Origin: an uncultured virus (IMG/VR IMGVR_UViG_2061766007_000739)
Lineage: Duplodnaviria > Heunggongvirae > Uroviricota > Caudoviricetes
Length of the DNA stretch: 64,000 nt
Strand: one strand, 5' to 3'
Virus record (IMG/VR): IMGVR_UViG_2061766007_000739
The notes under the pieces are model-generated. The model ran no database searches and was not told the DNA's origin. It saw only the letters and a list, made by a program, of their open reading frames with translations. The position numbers and the translations under genes were made by a program. Below, piece after piece: positions 19,142-29,539 of the stretch. The number at the start of each line of letters is the position of its first letter. Position 1 is the stretch's first letter.

Positions 19142-21370
19142 CTACGCATTCTTGTTGTCAACGCAGTCCTTTACAAAGACCGCATCCAATGCGCCCTTGC
19201 TTGTAAGGTTCTCGTTGTAAATTCTTATTTGGATATCTTTTCCCGGTGTCGGCGCAAGTGCGGACGGATCCTCTCCTGCCATCGGAATTGCCGGGTCGGT
19301 CCTGCGCGGGTCAACTTCGATGTGGAGTGCCGGTTCACCAGTCTTTGCCGGTGGAGAACCCCACCCATCAGGAAGAATAAGACCCTGCAAAATCTTTCTG
19401 TTCTTGGCATCTTCGCATACCGCAACAGCCTTGTCGCATATCGCCCTACCGTATCTCGCCAGATGGGTAGCGCTAATATCGACCGCCTGGTAAATGGTCG
19501 GGTCACAGCAATGGTTTGATACCTTTATTCCGCTCGCGACAACCTCGTTTGCCTTCTTCTTCATCAGTTCCCTGACTTTCGGGAGGTCAGCATCATTCAC
19601 CTTCAGCAGCGTGTCGTACGGAAGATGCTTGGCACAGTTAATCTCGGTGCCGCCATGCTTCTTGGTCCAGTCCACATACACCATGTTGACTGCGGTACCG
19701 CCCTTTCCATAGGAAATTCGCTTGCCCATGTGCCAGTTGTCGCACATGATGCGTCCCTGGACATCCGGCTCACGGATAAGGGATGAAACCTGGATAGTAT
19801 CGACACCGATTTGTGCACCAAGCCACTGAAGCACCTGTTTGGTTCTCGGCTGGAGGCGGGTACCATCCGGGTCGATGTTCTTCGACTGCATCTCGATTTT
19901 CACATTGGCACCGGAACCATAGTTGCCCGACTTGTTCGGGAATACGTAAATCGTGGAGCGCATCAGATCAAGGAATCCACGCTTCACCAGTGCATCAGCC
20001 TTCAGTTCCGAAGGAATGGAAGCCGGCGACATGCCGTATTCCACCTTAGGCAACCCACAGTAGTCATAAATCAGGTTGGCTTCGTCAATACGGCGCTTTC
20101 TCAGTTCAGTATCGTATTCGGACGACCCGTTCGTAAGCCTAACCAAGATGTCGGCTATATAGGTAAAATGCAGCTTGGCCAGTCTCGAATCCTTCGGGAC
20201 TCCTCCGTTGTAACGGACAGCCTTGCCCGTTTCTGTCAAAAATTCAACATCCTTGGAACCCTTTTCAGGAATAGCCTTCAAGCCCTGATCAGGGAGACCG
20301 ACGATTGTAACCGGATTCCTGCGACCAATCAGATAAGCCATGCCGATATTCAAGCAATAGCTAATCATCGCCGCAGGGCCATTAATATTGGCGTCCAATG
20401 CCAAGCCGTTTGTCTTCAGGAAGCTACATACAGCAGTCTTGACCGGTTCCGGCATTGAGTTATGCGAAAGGATGCCCCAGTGCAGATACGCCCAGTTGTT
20501 CTTGTTGCACACGGCATCCCACAATACCATGTTGACATATCGGAAGTATGATGCGCGGGACTGTTCGGCTGTCAGACTAAAATTCTTTTCTTCATCAGTC
20601 AAGTCGCTCATGACGCGCTTGTCCATTACGCGCTTGACAATTTCGAACTGTTCCTCGCTTAACCCACCTTCCATGTCACCCACCGGATTCCCGTGGTCAT
20701 CGACAGTCGGTACAGCAAAAATAGCCTTCAATACAAGAATCTTGGCCTTTCCGCCAAGAGATAGCGGGATGCCCGGGCCAACCATCAAATAGCCGTCATC
20801 ACCCTCATAGAACCCGGTTTCTTTCCGAACTTCGTGCTCATAAAGGAAAGGCCAGTTAGGCTGTGAAAAGCCGGGCTTGTAATAGTTGGACAGGGAAATC
20901 GGAAGGCCGTTAAGGCCAATGGATATTGGCGGAAGCACATCAGGGTCGAACTTGTTGCCCTGCATAGCCGCAGCGATTGCAGAAGAAAGGCTTTGGCGAG
21001 CCGATTCACTCGCACCACCCGTCAATCCGCCTACAACGCCACCGATAACATCCATTTCACCGGCAGTCTGGGCACCTCTCTGGTCCAGCTTGTTGACAAT
21101 ATCTTCCATGGCGGTAGTCAAGACGCCATATTCATCATTGGCAAGGAAGTCCTCAATCATATCGGCAAACGCGCTACAAAATGCGCTCATCCTATGTTGG
21201 TTCGCTTCCGGGACTCCAGCCCGCTGCCAATCAGTCAGTCCATTATCAGTATCGGCGACATCAAAAAACTTATAAAATTTGAGGATATCATAAAACGAGC
21301 CCTCCTGCCCCCTAGCCTTCTCGGCAGCGGCCTGTATAGCTTCTTTAAGTCGTCCGTTGAAATGTCCCAT
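19142..21370 (-). CDS. Putative virion-associated peptidoglycan hydrolase (lysozyme-like plus M15-type Zn peptidase)
   Basis: YEHE...Y.GDDGYLMVGPGI and RKRRIDEANL (phage lysozyme/pesticin-like); SSLIR...SNH...AVD...LHIE (M15 pattern). Confidence 0.6.
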   Translation of the reverse strand: MGHFNGRLKEAIQAAAEKARGQEGSFYDILKFYKFFDVADTDNGLTDWQRAGVPEANQHRMSAFCSAFADMIEDFLANDEYGVLTTAMEDIVNKLDQRGAQTAGEMDVIGGVVGGLTGGASESARQSLSSAIAAAMQGNKFDPDVLPPISIGLNGLPISLSNYYKPGFSQPNWPFLYEHEVRKETGFYEGDDGYLMVGPGIPLSLGGKAKILVLKAIFAVPTVDDHGNPVGDMEGGLSEEQFEIVKRVMDKRVMSDLTDEEKNFSLTAEQSRASYFRYVNMVLWDAVCNKNNWAYLHWGILSHNSMPEPVKTAVCSFLKTNGLALDANINGPAAMISYCLNIGMAYLIGRRNPVTIVGLPDQGLKAIPEKGSKDVEFLTETGKAVRYNGGVPKDSRLAKLHFTYIADILVRLTNGSSEYDTELRKRRIDEANLIYDYCGLPKVEYGMSPASIPSELKADALVKRGFLDLMRSTIYVFPNKSGNYGSGANVKIEMQSKNIDPDGTRLQPRTKQVLQWLGAQIGVDTIQVSSLIREPDVQGRIMCDNWHMGKRISYGKGGTAVNMVYVDWTKKHGGTEINCAKHLPYDTLLKVNDADLPKVRELMKKKANEVVASGIKVSNHCCDPTIYQAVDISATHLARYGRAICDKAVAVCEDAKNRKILQGLILPDGWGSPPAKTGEPALHIEVDPRRTDPAIPMAGEDPSALAPTPGKDIQIRIYNENLTSKGALDAVFVKDCVDNKNA

Positions 21371-21467
21371 GTTCTGCAGTTTATCAAGTTTGATGTAAAA
21401 CTATCTTCTTCTAGCAAACAGAAAGACACCACCCAAAGGGCGGTGTCTATTCAAATTTCAATCCAGA

Positions 21468-23198
21468 TTACTTAGCCGCAGCAATCTTCTGCTTGGTCGA
21501 AGCAATGATGGATTCAAGCTTGGCATCAAGCGGAGCCTTAGCCGGTGCAGCCTTCGGAGCCTTCACGGATTCCACGATGGCGGCGAGCTTTGCATCGACT
21601 GCCTTGTCAGCAGAAACCTTGTTGACGATGGATTCAAGCTTGGCGTCGAGAGCCTTGCTTGCCTTCACCTTGCCAAGAATGGATTCGAGCTTGGCATCCA
21701 AGACATCGGACGAAGACCGAACACTCGGTTTATTGGAACCACTCAAAATGGATTCGAGCTTGGCATCGAGCGTCTTGCCTTTCTTCACATTGTTAAGAAT
21801 GGATTCAAGCTTGGCATCGAGGCCCTTGTCCTTGGAAGCGTTTTCACAAAGCGTGGCCACCTTGTCACCAAGTTCAGATAACTTTTCGCCCATGGTAGAT
21901 TCTACCACAGTCTTGCGTTCCTTGGCAGCCTCATTTTCCTGATAATTACTGATGATGCTTTCGCAAAGGGCACGCTTTTCAGCCAAAGCACGCTTACGGT
22001 CATAAGCTTCCGTAATTGCACGGACACGTTCCTTAGCAAGGTTGGCTACGTAGTTAGCCTTGATGGATTCAAGCTGAATGTCGGTGTTGTCAGCCGGAAC
22101 TTCACCACATTCGGTTTTAACAGGTGCAGATGCGCATTCGGTTTCAGCAGGCTTCTCATCTTCGGAACCGCCTTCACCTTCGCCACCAAGTTCGCCAGCA
22201 TCACCAGTGTCACCGGTGTCGCCAGTGTCACCTTCTTCGCCACCCAAATCAGAACCATCATCGAGTTCTTCATCGCTCATGCCATCAAGGGCACTGAAAA
22301 GGTCGTCTTCACTGGAACCGCCTTCGGTAGAAGCATCGCCACCTTCCGGTGCGCCTTCACCGCCTTCACCGCCTTCATCGCCAAAGTCCAATTCGCCAAT
22401 TGTGTCAGTGTCATCACCAGCCGGAGCTTCGCCACCTTCATCACCGATGTCAAGATTGAAGGTATCATCGCCACCAGCAGAGGCATCCTCGGCACCCGGT
22501 TCGGGCACATCAAGATTGAAGTCACCTTCGGCACCCGGTGCAGCAGAATCATTTCCCCACAGTTCATCGCCGTTGAGGGAGTCGCCAGCGTTGGCATCGA
22601 GAGCAGGAGCTTCAGTCGGGGCAGCAAGGCCGCCCGGAGCTTCCGGCGGGAGTGCACCCGTACCAGCAGCCGGGTCAGCGACCGCAGGTGCAGCAGGAGC
22701 AGCACCGTTACCGCCATTCCTAAGGTCAGTAGCAACACCATTTGGCTGAGCTTCAGAAACGTTCTGAGTAGCAAGACGGTTGTTTGTGTTACCAGTAATC
22801 TGGTCAATGAACGGAGTCAAGTCCTGGGAAATGCTGTTTTCGCCCTTGATTTTCACCATGAACGGAACAAGGTCTTCGTCATTAAGGGATTCACGGCCAT
22901 CAGCCTGCAATTCCTTAGCAAGTTCATCGACAACGAATGCCTGTGTTTCGCTATCCATTTCCTTCGGGGCGAACTGCGGAAGTGCCGGCATACCATCAGG
23001 ATTTTCATTCACTGTCACATCCAGGATATTGTCCGGAGTGTATTCCAGTGGATCATCGGTAGCCTGATTGTCGGTATTGAGGCCAAGACCGCCAATGGCT
23101 TCACATACGGCCCTTGCATCTTCCATGCAAAATAGGTCCGCAACAGCTTTCTTGTTCTTTTCTTGTGTCATATAGATTTGTTCCTTTTGAGCAGCCAT
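21468..23198 (-). CDS. Probable prohead core/scaffolding protein
   Basis: Very acidic Gly-rich middle, helical C-terminus with repeated LDAKLESI, highly expressed codon usage and TATAAACT upstream. Confidence 0.55.
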   Translation of the reverse strand: MAAQKEQIYMTQEKNKKAVADLFCMEDARAVCEAIGGLGLNTDNQATDDPLEYTPDNILDVTVNENPDGMPALPQFAPKEMDSETQAFVVDELAKELQADGRESLNDEDLVPFMVKIKGENSISQDLTPFIDQITGNTNNRLATQNVSEAQPNGVATDLRNGGNGAAPAAPAVADPAAGTGALPPEAPGGLAAPTEAPALDANAGDSLNGDELWGNDSAAPGAEGDFNLDVPEPGAEDASAGGDDTFNLDIGDEGGEAPAGDDTDTIGELDFGDEGGEGGEGAPEGGDASTEGGSSEDDLFSALDGMSDEELDDGSDLGGEEGDTGDTGDTGDAGELGGEGEGGSEDEKPAETECASAPVKTECGEVPADNTDIQLESIKANYVANLAKERVRAITEAYDRKRALAEKRALCESIISNYQENEAAKERKTVVESTMGEKLSELGDKVATLCENASKDKGLDAKLESILNNVKKGKTLDAKLESILSGSNKPSVRSSSDVLDAKLESILGKVKASKALDAKLESIVNKVSADKAVDAKLAAIVESVKAPKAAPAKAPLDAKLESIIASTKQKIAAAK

Positions 23199-23240
23199 TG
23201 GGGCTGATTTGACAGAAAGTTTATAAGTGTTTCAAAAATT

Positions 23241-24827
23241 TTAAACCTCGTCGTATTCCATCTTGATATTCGGAATACAGCTTCCTGGATCGGTATCCCC
23301 GTCCACTTCGAGTTGCAAGTAAACATAGTCGGTTTCGCCCGCCATAAGAGGATTGTAGATGCCCCCGCCAACGCGGCACATATTGTAGCTTCCGCACATG
23401 GCCAACGGATGGTTGTAGACCACATTGCCAAGTCCAGGTGCACACACGCTCTGATATGCATTAATCCTGGCGCCTGACTTCAAAATCAGTTCCGGATTAA
23501 CAAAAAGCTCTTCCATGTCAGTATTTCCACGGAGGACCACAACACCCGCAGACACGACATCCTCAGGAATGATTGCCTGCGGAGCAAACATGTTTCCTAT
23601 GAACCGCATTGGGAACTTGGAACCGCTCTTGTTGAAGAAATGGTATGTCTTGTGGATATCGAAAATCAACTGGGGACGTTCAACCCCATTCAGGAAATAG
23701 GTCGGGCATCCATTTGAGCCAGGACGAACCTCGACATCATAGTACTCGGTCGGCTTGTTTTTGAAGTGGTCAGGCAAATCTTCTTCCTTCACCGTACCAT
23801 CGCTCAAAGTGTAAACGCGCTTGAACCAGCGATTTGGAACATAAGCCGTTTCGACAAGCTTAGAATCGCCGGAATCAGTAGACTGCCATCCCGGCTCTCC
23901 CCAGTACAGAGGCATCCATGCCACCACATATCCAGACCCGCGATAGTCGCATTCCCTATCAGGCGGAATCTGGTAGATAAGGCCGGACGGGAACATGTTC
24001 ATCAGGTTCCATTCTTTCGTTTTTACACGAAGTTCAACAACAGGACCATCGCTTGGATAAATAACCCCATCAGCGGCTTTCTTGTCATCAGGGACAACAA
24101 CCTGATAGAACGGTTCCATGCCAGATTCCTGTGCAATCGTGTTGATGTCCTTTCCTGTTTTCGGATCGACAAATATCAAGCAAGGAGTGTACTTGTGAGT
24201 GTTGGCAGCAAATGTACGGTCCTCGAAGGTGATAGTAATGTCTTTCTCGTCATCAGTGTAAACGCCGACTGGGACTACCGGTTGGCGCATCCCATCAAGA
24301 AAAACAACGTTCCCTGCACCGACATCACGGTACTCCGTGATGAAATGGGTATGACCCAGCTGCTGTTGCGGCATCTGGCCATACAATCCAGAAACTGTAA
24401 GATAAAACGGATGTTCCGGACTAAATTCCCAAATATCGTGAATTGCAATAAGCGACTTACTGTTTGTCGGACGGGAATATGAAATCGAGTTTCCTATTCT
24501 CAAAATGGCCGGATGTTCGCCACGCGGCCTCGGGCCAGTCGGATAAAGACGAATGTTGGTCAATTGGCGGTCAGGCGGGGCAACGAGGTGTACCTTGAAC
24601 ACGCATTCCATCGAGTATGCCTTGCATTTAGGATCGTCCGGTCGATAGATGCAATAAAATTGGCTTTCACTGCCATCGTCGGCAGGTACGGTACGCCCAC
24701 CGAGACGCTCCGAGCTATACACGGACGGGACACACGTGTCAACTCGCTTGATACCCAAGGATGACACCAGTGTCCCAAACTCAGAATCCTTTCCGGTATA
24801 TTTTTTAATCGCTACTTGTGCAGGCAT
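23241..24827 (-). CDS. Hypothetical structural protein (beta-rich)
   Basis: 528 aa ORF in the late-gene cluster with a TATAAGCT element upstream. Confidence 0.65.
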   Translation of the reverse strand: MPAQVAIKKYTGKDSEFGTLVSSLGIKRVDTCVPSVYSSERLGGRTVPADDGSESQFYCIYRPDDPKCKAYSMECVFKVHLVAPPDRQLTNIRLYPTGPRPRGEHPAILRIGNSISYSRPTNSKSLIAIHDIWEFSPEHPFYLTVSGLYGQMPQQQLGHTHFITEYRDVGAGNVVFLDGMRQPVVPVGVYTDDEKDITITFEDRTFAANTHKYTPCLIFVDPKTGKDINTIAQESGMEPFYQVVVPDDKKAADGVIYPSDGPVVELRVKTKEWNLMNMFPSGLIYQIPPDRECDYRGSGYVVAWMPLYWGEPGWQSTDSGDSKLVETAYVPNRWFKRVYTLSDGTVKEEDLPDHFKNKPTEYYDVEVRPGSNGCPTYFLNGVERPQLIFDIHKTYHFFNKSGSKFPMRFIGNMFAPQAIIPEDVVSAGVVVLRGNTDMEELFVNPELILKSGARINAYQSVCAPGLGNVVYNHPLAMCGSYNMCRVGGGIYNPLMAGETDYVYLQLEVDGDTDPGSCIPNIKMEYDEV

Positions 24828-24868
24828 CGGGCTACCAAATTCCTTTTCTCCTGCAGCTTATATGAAAA

Positions 24869-27800
24869 CTACCTTCTGGACATCAAATCGTTAGCCCCCG
24901 GAGCCCGTCCTTCCATTACGGCGCGGTATATTTCACCCGGAGTCAACCCGTTACCCTTATCGGTGATATGTATGCGCTCATTGGTCTTGACCGCCTTGCG
25001 CATACCGGCAAGCTGTGCATTATTTACGACCTTTTCGTAAATACTTCCGTCAATGAGGCCATTCCTGTCCCCATTGGATTCAATGTCCGCACGCTTGTTG
25101 ATGTCATCCTGCGCGAGCATCGCTTCCAGTTCGCCAAAGTCCATCAAGTCCTGTGCGGCAATGGCACCGAATTCGTTTTCCAGCTGATTGAACCGGGAAG
25201 CATTCGGACCATCCTGGAAACGGTCATACATGACAGCACCCTGGTAGCGCTCAAACATGTCACGGATGTTCAGGAAAGCCTCATGTAAAGCGGACGCAAC
25301 GGACTTATGTAAGAAGATTGCCTCCCCATAAGACGCCACGCCATCCACATACCCTTCTATTACCGGGCCATCGCTTTCCGTGTAAGGAATCTCAATCTCA
25401 TCCAGACCGTAGAACACGCCATTGCGCCACACACCGCGCTTGATATGGCTGCTATCCACCCTTTGCTGGCCATGCATGTCAATCATTGTAGGAACATTGT
25501 CGGGTATCTGGTCATGGACCTTGATATACATCTTTCCATTGCTAAGGGAAATAAACCCGGCATCGTTCATGGAATCGATTGTAATGTACACATCCTCATA
25601 ATGTTCGCCAAGCATGTTCTTCACATAATCTACCGTAGATGTCGAATAGAAAGCATCCTCGATTGCCTGGTACTTTTCAACGAAATCACCGGCAATCAAG
25701 GCCTTGGCCGATTTGATGTTGTTTGTCAGTGCAAAATACCTAATCAACTGGGAGCATGCGGAATCGTTCAAGGCCTTCCATTCATAGATGTTTCCTCGAT
25801 CGCCAAGCGTGTTGCCGTTGGCATTCATCTTAAGGTTAATCAGGTCTATGTATTCAACCAGATCGTATAGGACAATGTCTTCCGGCGTATGGTAATTGAC
25901 GATACGGTCCGGGGAAACATAATGATGCCCATTGACAATCTTCGCATTCCGATAAGTTGCGGATGTCTTTAGGACATACGGTTCATTTCCCTCCGGCGCC
26001 TTGCCGGTAACCATTCCGGCAGCGTCAACGTCCACGTATGCATATTCCTTAATCGGATCGCGCTGTGCAAGTATCGCCTCGCGGAACTTGAAGGCATCCT
26101 TGTGGCCAAGTCCCATTGGCAAGAATTCCCAGTCAAACAAGCTCGGGTTGACCACAAGACGGCCACACCACACCACGTTGCACGGAACCCCAGCCCTTCC
26201 ATCGGCGCATATTTCAGTAAACGCCTTGGCCACCTTCACCAAGCGCTTCATATCGTCGCTCTTGTCTTCAATGGGAGTAGTACGGTCAGCCTGATAAATT
26301 AAAATTTTCGCAGCCATACCGTAGTTATGCCACGAAAGCATGCTGCTTTCTGGGCCGCCTGTACAAATACTCTTCTGATCGTCAGCGGAACGCCACGTGT
26401 TAATCAATTCGACGCGCCCTGCGCCAAATTCATGTGTAAGAATGGACATCAGGAAGGCAACCTTGTCATAAAGTCCAAACCCTTCTCGCATGTCTTCAAT
26501 CTTGCGCGAGGTCGGCCTAAACACCTTCCATCCATCAAATCGCTGGTCTTCAGGAACATTCGGGAAACCACCGTTTCCATAGCGAACCACTTCAAACAAT
26601 TTATCCTGTGAGAACGGACCGTATTCAACAAACGCCTGTTTGCGAATTTCTTCGTCATACGGGAGCCCCGGAGCCTTCATGTGAACTGTGACCGGAGTCT
26701 TATTTTCACTGTCGTTGCGGCTGCGTTCCGGCGGAACCTTCACGGATACGACCACATGCTCTCCGATCAACGTTGGCGGGTCAGCGTCTTCCGGTACATG
26801 CGCCGACATGTCGCCATCAAACACAACCCGCAAGGTCGATTTTGCAATATCATCAAATGTCACTTCACCGCTGCCGGCATTCCAGATATCTTCGGGCAGA
26901 GGTTCGTCAAAATTCAGGTACCAAACATTTCCAACCCGTTCGATGGTTGCCGGCTTATCAAGCTGAATAGTGTTGCCCGGCGTTTCAGCAATCTGCGGAT
27001 ATTCTCCGTACACATTCAAGTCATAGAACCGAACTTCTGCCCAACGTACGCCATCAAACACCTTGACGGTTTTATGACGGGTACGTCCAAACCATGTGCG
27101 ATACTTTTTCCTAACCTTCCGGTACATCGCAACCGGAACCATGAATCTGGCAGGCAGAGACCAGACGGAGAACGGAATCTTGACATAATCGTCATCGTTT
27201 CCATCGCCACGGTTAAGCCAGTTGGCAAAATTGAGATACATGGACCGGTTAGTAAAGACCGATTCATTTACAAACGCCTGATACCAGATTACTTTGTCGA
27301 TTGATTCCTGCAATGCCGAAATAGCATCAGACGCATCCTCAAGCGCAAGCCATGCCCTGGCCACACGAACCGGATTCATTAGGAACGCACGGGTTACCAA
27401 CTGGCTGCGCATTTCCTTGTACGCGCTCACCATTACCGACGCGGCACGCATTGCATCGTCAATGTCGGTTTCGCTTTCCGGATCGATACCCCATTCCGGT
27501 GTAAATGCCGGAACAAAGTTGGCATAGTCGGTAGCGCCGGAACTTGAACTAGAAGATGATTCCCAGTCGATTATGTCATAGCTATCCTTCAAGCTCCATG
27601 TCATGTATCCCGCAACAACCATACGGTTCAGCCATGACATGATATTCTCTCCCGGATGGAATGGGTGCGCGGTCAGGAATATTTGGACACCTTCCTTGGA
27701 ACCACATTTCTTGAAGAGGTTCATCCATCCACCAATCAACTCGATAAGACGCTTGCATTGTTTTACCCTGGTGTCGGCATCGACACTACTATCATAACCG

Positions 27801-29500
27801 CCATCGAACGTATTATCATTCACCTTGATGTCGGTTTCATAATCAAGCAATTGTTTTCCATCCGTCTTAAGAATCCAGTTGTACGCATCTACAATCGCTT
27901 CGCGCACTTCCTGGCCGGTCATTGACACCACTTTCTTGTTCAGGGTATAATCCGACGCCCGATAAAAACCGGTTCCGCCGGTAACCCAGGCCCTGCCGAT
28001 AAACGTCGGATTGTCCGGTGGAGTCAGCGCCACCCAGGAAGCCGGGATGTTCCCAGCATCCGGTTCATATTTTCCGTTAATCTGAAACACTCTTGGATAT
28101 GCGGTTATGTATTCCGGTATATTCTGAACATTACCGGTAGCATATTCACCATTCCCTGTACCGACGGCATTGTAATTTGTCTGGAATGAATTGATTAATG
28201 AATCCAGGTCAAATGCCAGCCCGCCATTATTGGACGGGTAATGGGTAAATTTTGCATCGAGCTGCGTTATCTTTCTCTTAATCTTCCTGCTAAGATACCG
28301 CCTCATAATACTCAGGGCATCCCTGATTTCATCATACACATTTTCAAAATTCTCATAAAACTCGGTTTCAATCTCCTCTCTCGGATAAAACATGCCTTTC
28401 ACGGCATCTTTCACCGGGGGAATGAGGGCAGTCACGCCATCACCGGACGGTGTCAAGTCATCGACCAGTGGGGATATCTTAGGATTATCCAGGAATGCCG
28501 GTAGATGTATCTGATATGCTTCATCGAAACTTGTTCGTTTCTGCATGGAAGTCTTGGTCTTATCGGCATTAGCAACTGCATTCAGATAAGCCTGGTGTTT
28601 CACGCGGGCTGCCTGGGGATTCTTCCTGTAATCTGCGTCGGTAGCATCCTCGACACTTTCCGGCAACGGGTCAGACATACTCTGGTCATAGTACTTTACA
28701 TCGACACCGTAATTGTTCTCCGCGCACCAGTCAGAAATCTGGTTCATTCTTTTCCGGAACAGGTCGTAGCCGATTACAGCGTTATATCGCGCAGCCTTGC
28801 TTTCCAATCCCTTCCTAAACGCCTTAAGCGATATCTTGCGCTTGCCGTTAAGGCCAAGCATCATATAAATCGCACGCATCGACTCGGACAAATTCGCGGC
28901 TGACTCGGACAAATTCGCGGCTGGCATTGAATGATGTGAAATCACGTTCTGGTTGACCAGTGTCGGATTCAGCGAGCCGGATGTCAAACGGGCAATCACA
29001 TCATCACCGCCAATACCGGTAATGAACTCATAACGCGGTGCGACATACGCCCGGGCGTAAGAGTAATTGACCGAAGGTATGGACGTACCATCATGCAACG
29101 GTGTATATGTTATGACAGCACCCCCATTGCTGGAATCAAGAGTCAAGGAATTCTCCCTCTCCTTGCCCGGATTCCACAGGCTAGTCACATTTGCCTCAAC
29201 CAAATCAGCCATCGGGTGCATGAGTGCGACGCAATGGACTGTGGTGGAACTACCCTCTTCAATCGTAATCTTCAACCTGTCGTTAATTCCAACCGAAACA
29301 TACGACCCAAAATTCGGATCATTCGACAGGATAATGCCGGTTATGAAATATACGACATTGTTGGTGACATATTCGTTCGGATTTCCCTGGGGATTCTCAA
29401 TTTGTACACCGCTCAGGTCGATATTGGCTTCGGCCTTAACGTCCATGTCAGCATAGTATTTTTCAAAATCGTACATAGGGAATCCCGTCTTATTTTCCAT
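24869..29500 (-). CDS. Large virion protein (1543 aa) with an M15 L-Ala-D-Glu peptidase-like segment
   Basis: TWRSADDQ...SWHNYGMAAKI...VVWCG resembles the M15C pattern R-S-x3-Q / S-x-H-N-Y-G-x-A-x-D; TATAAACT upstream. Confidence 0.6.
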   Translation of the reverse strand: MENKTGFPMYDFEKYYADMDVKAEANIDLSGVQIENPQGNPNEYVTNNVVYFITGIILSNDPNFGSYVSVGINDRLKITIEEGSSTTVHCVALMHPMADLVEANVTSLWNPGKERENSLTLDSSNGGAVITYTPLHDGTSIPSVNYSYARAYVAPRYEFITGIGGDDVIARLTSGSLNPTLVNQNVISHHSMPAANLSESAANLSESMRAIYMMLGLNGKRKISLKAFRKGLESKAARYNAVIGYDLFRKRMNQISDWCAENNYGVDVKYYDQSMSDPLPESVEDATDADYRKNPQAARVKHQAYLNAVANADKTKTSMQKRTSFDEAYQIHLPAFLDNPKISPLVDDLTPSGDGVTALIPPVKDAVKGMFYPREEIETEFYENFENVYDEIRDALSIMRRYLSRKIKRKITQLDAKFTHYPSNNGGLAFDLDSLINSFQTNYNAVGTGNGEYATGNVQNIPEYITAYPRVFQINGKYEPDAGNIPASWVALTPPDNPTFIGRAWVTGGTGFYRASDYTLNKKVVSMTGQEVREAIVDAYNWILKTDGKQLLDYETDIKVNDNTFDGGYDSSVDADTRVKQCKRLIELIGGWMNLFKKCGSKEGVQIFLTAHPFHPGENIMSWLNRMVVAGYMTWSLKDSYDIIDWESSSSSSSGATDYANFVPAFTPEWGIDPESETDIDDAMRAASVMVSAYKEMRSQLVTRAFLMNPVRVARAWLALEDASDAISALQESIDKVIWYQAFVNESVFTNRSMYLNFANWLNRGDGNDDDYVKIPFSVWSLPARFMVPVAMYRKVRKKYRTWFGRTRHKTVKVFDGVRWAEVRFYDLNVYGEYPQIAETPGNTIQLDKPATIERVGNVWYLNFDEPLPEDIWNAGSGEVTFDDIAKSTLRVVFDGDMSAHVPEDADPPTLIGEHVVVSVKVPPERSRNDSENKTPVTVHMKAPGLPYDEEIRKQAFVEYGPFSQDKLFEVVRYGNGGFPNVPEDQRFDGWKVFRPTSRKIEDMREGFGLYDKVAFLMSILTHEFGAGRVELINTWRSADDQKSICTGGPESSMLSWHNYGMAAKILIYQADRTTPIEDKSDDMKRLVKVAKAFTEICADGRAGVPCNVVWCGRLVVNPSLFDWEFLPMGLGHKDAFKFREAILAQRDPIKEYAYVDVDAAGMVTGKAPEGNEPYVLKTSATYRNAKIVNGHHYVSPDRIVNYHTPEDIVLYDLVEYIDLINLKMNANGNTLGDRGNIYEWKALNDSACSQLIRYFALTNNIKSAKALIAGDFVEKYQAIEDAFYSTSTVDYVKNMLGEHYEDVYITIDSMNDAGFISLSNGKMYIKVHDQIPDNVPTMIDMHGQQRVDSSHIKRGVWRNGVFYGLDEIEIPYTESDGPVIEGYVDGVASYGEAIFLHKSVASALHEAFLNIRDMFERYQGAVMYDRFQDGPNASRFNQLENEFGAIAAQDLMDFGELEAMLAQDDINKRADIESNGDRNGLIDGSIYEKVVNNAQLAGMRKAVKTNERIHITDKGNGLTPGEIYRAVMEGRAPGANDLMSRR

Positions 29501-29539
29501 AAAACTACATCGGTCTGCAGTTTATAGGATTTGGGACCC

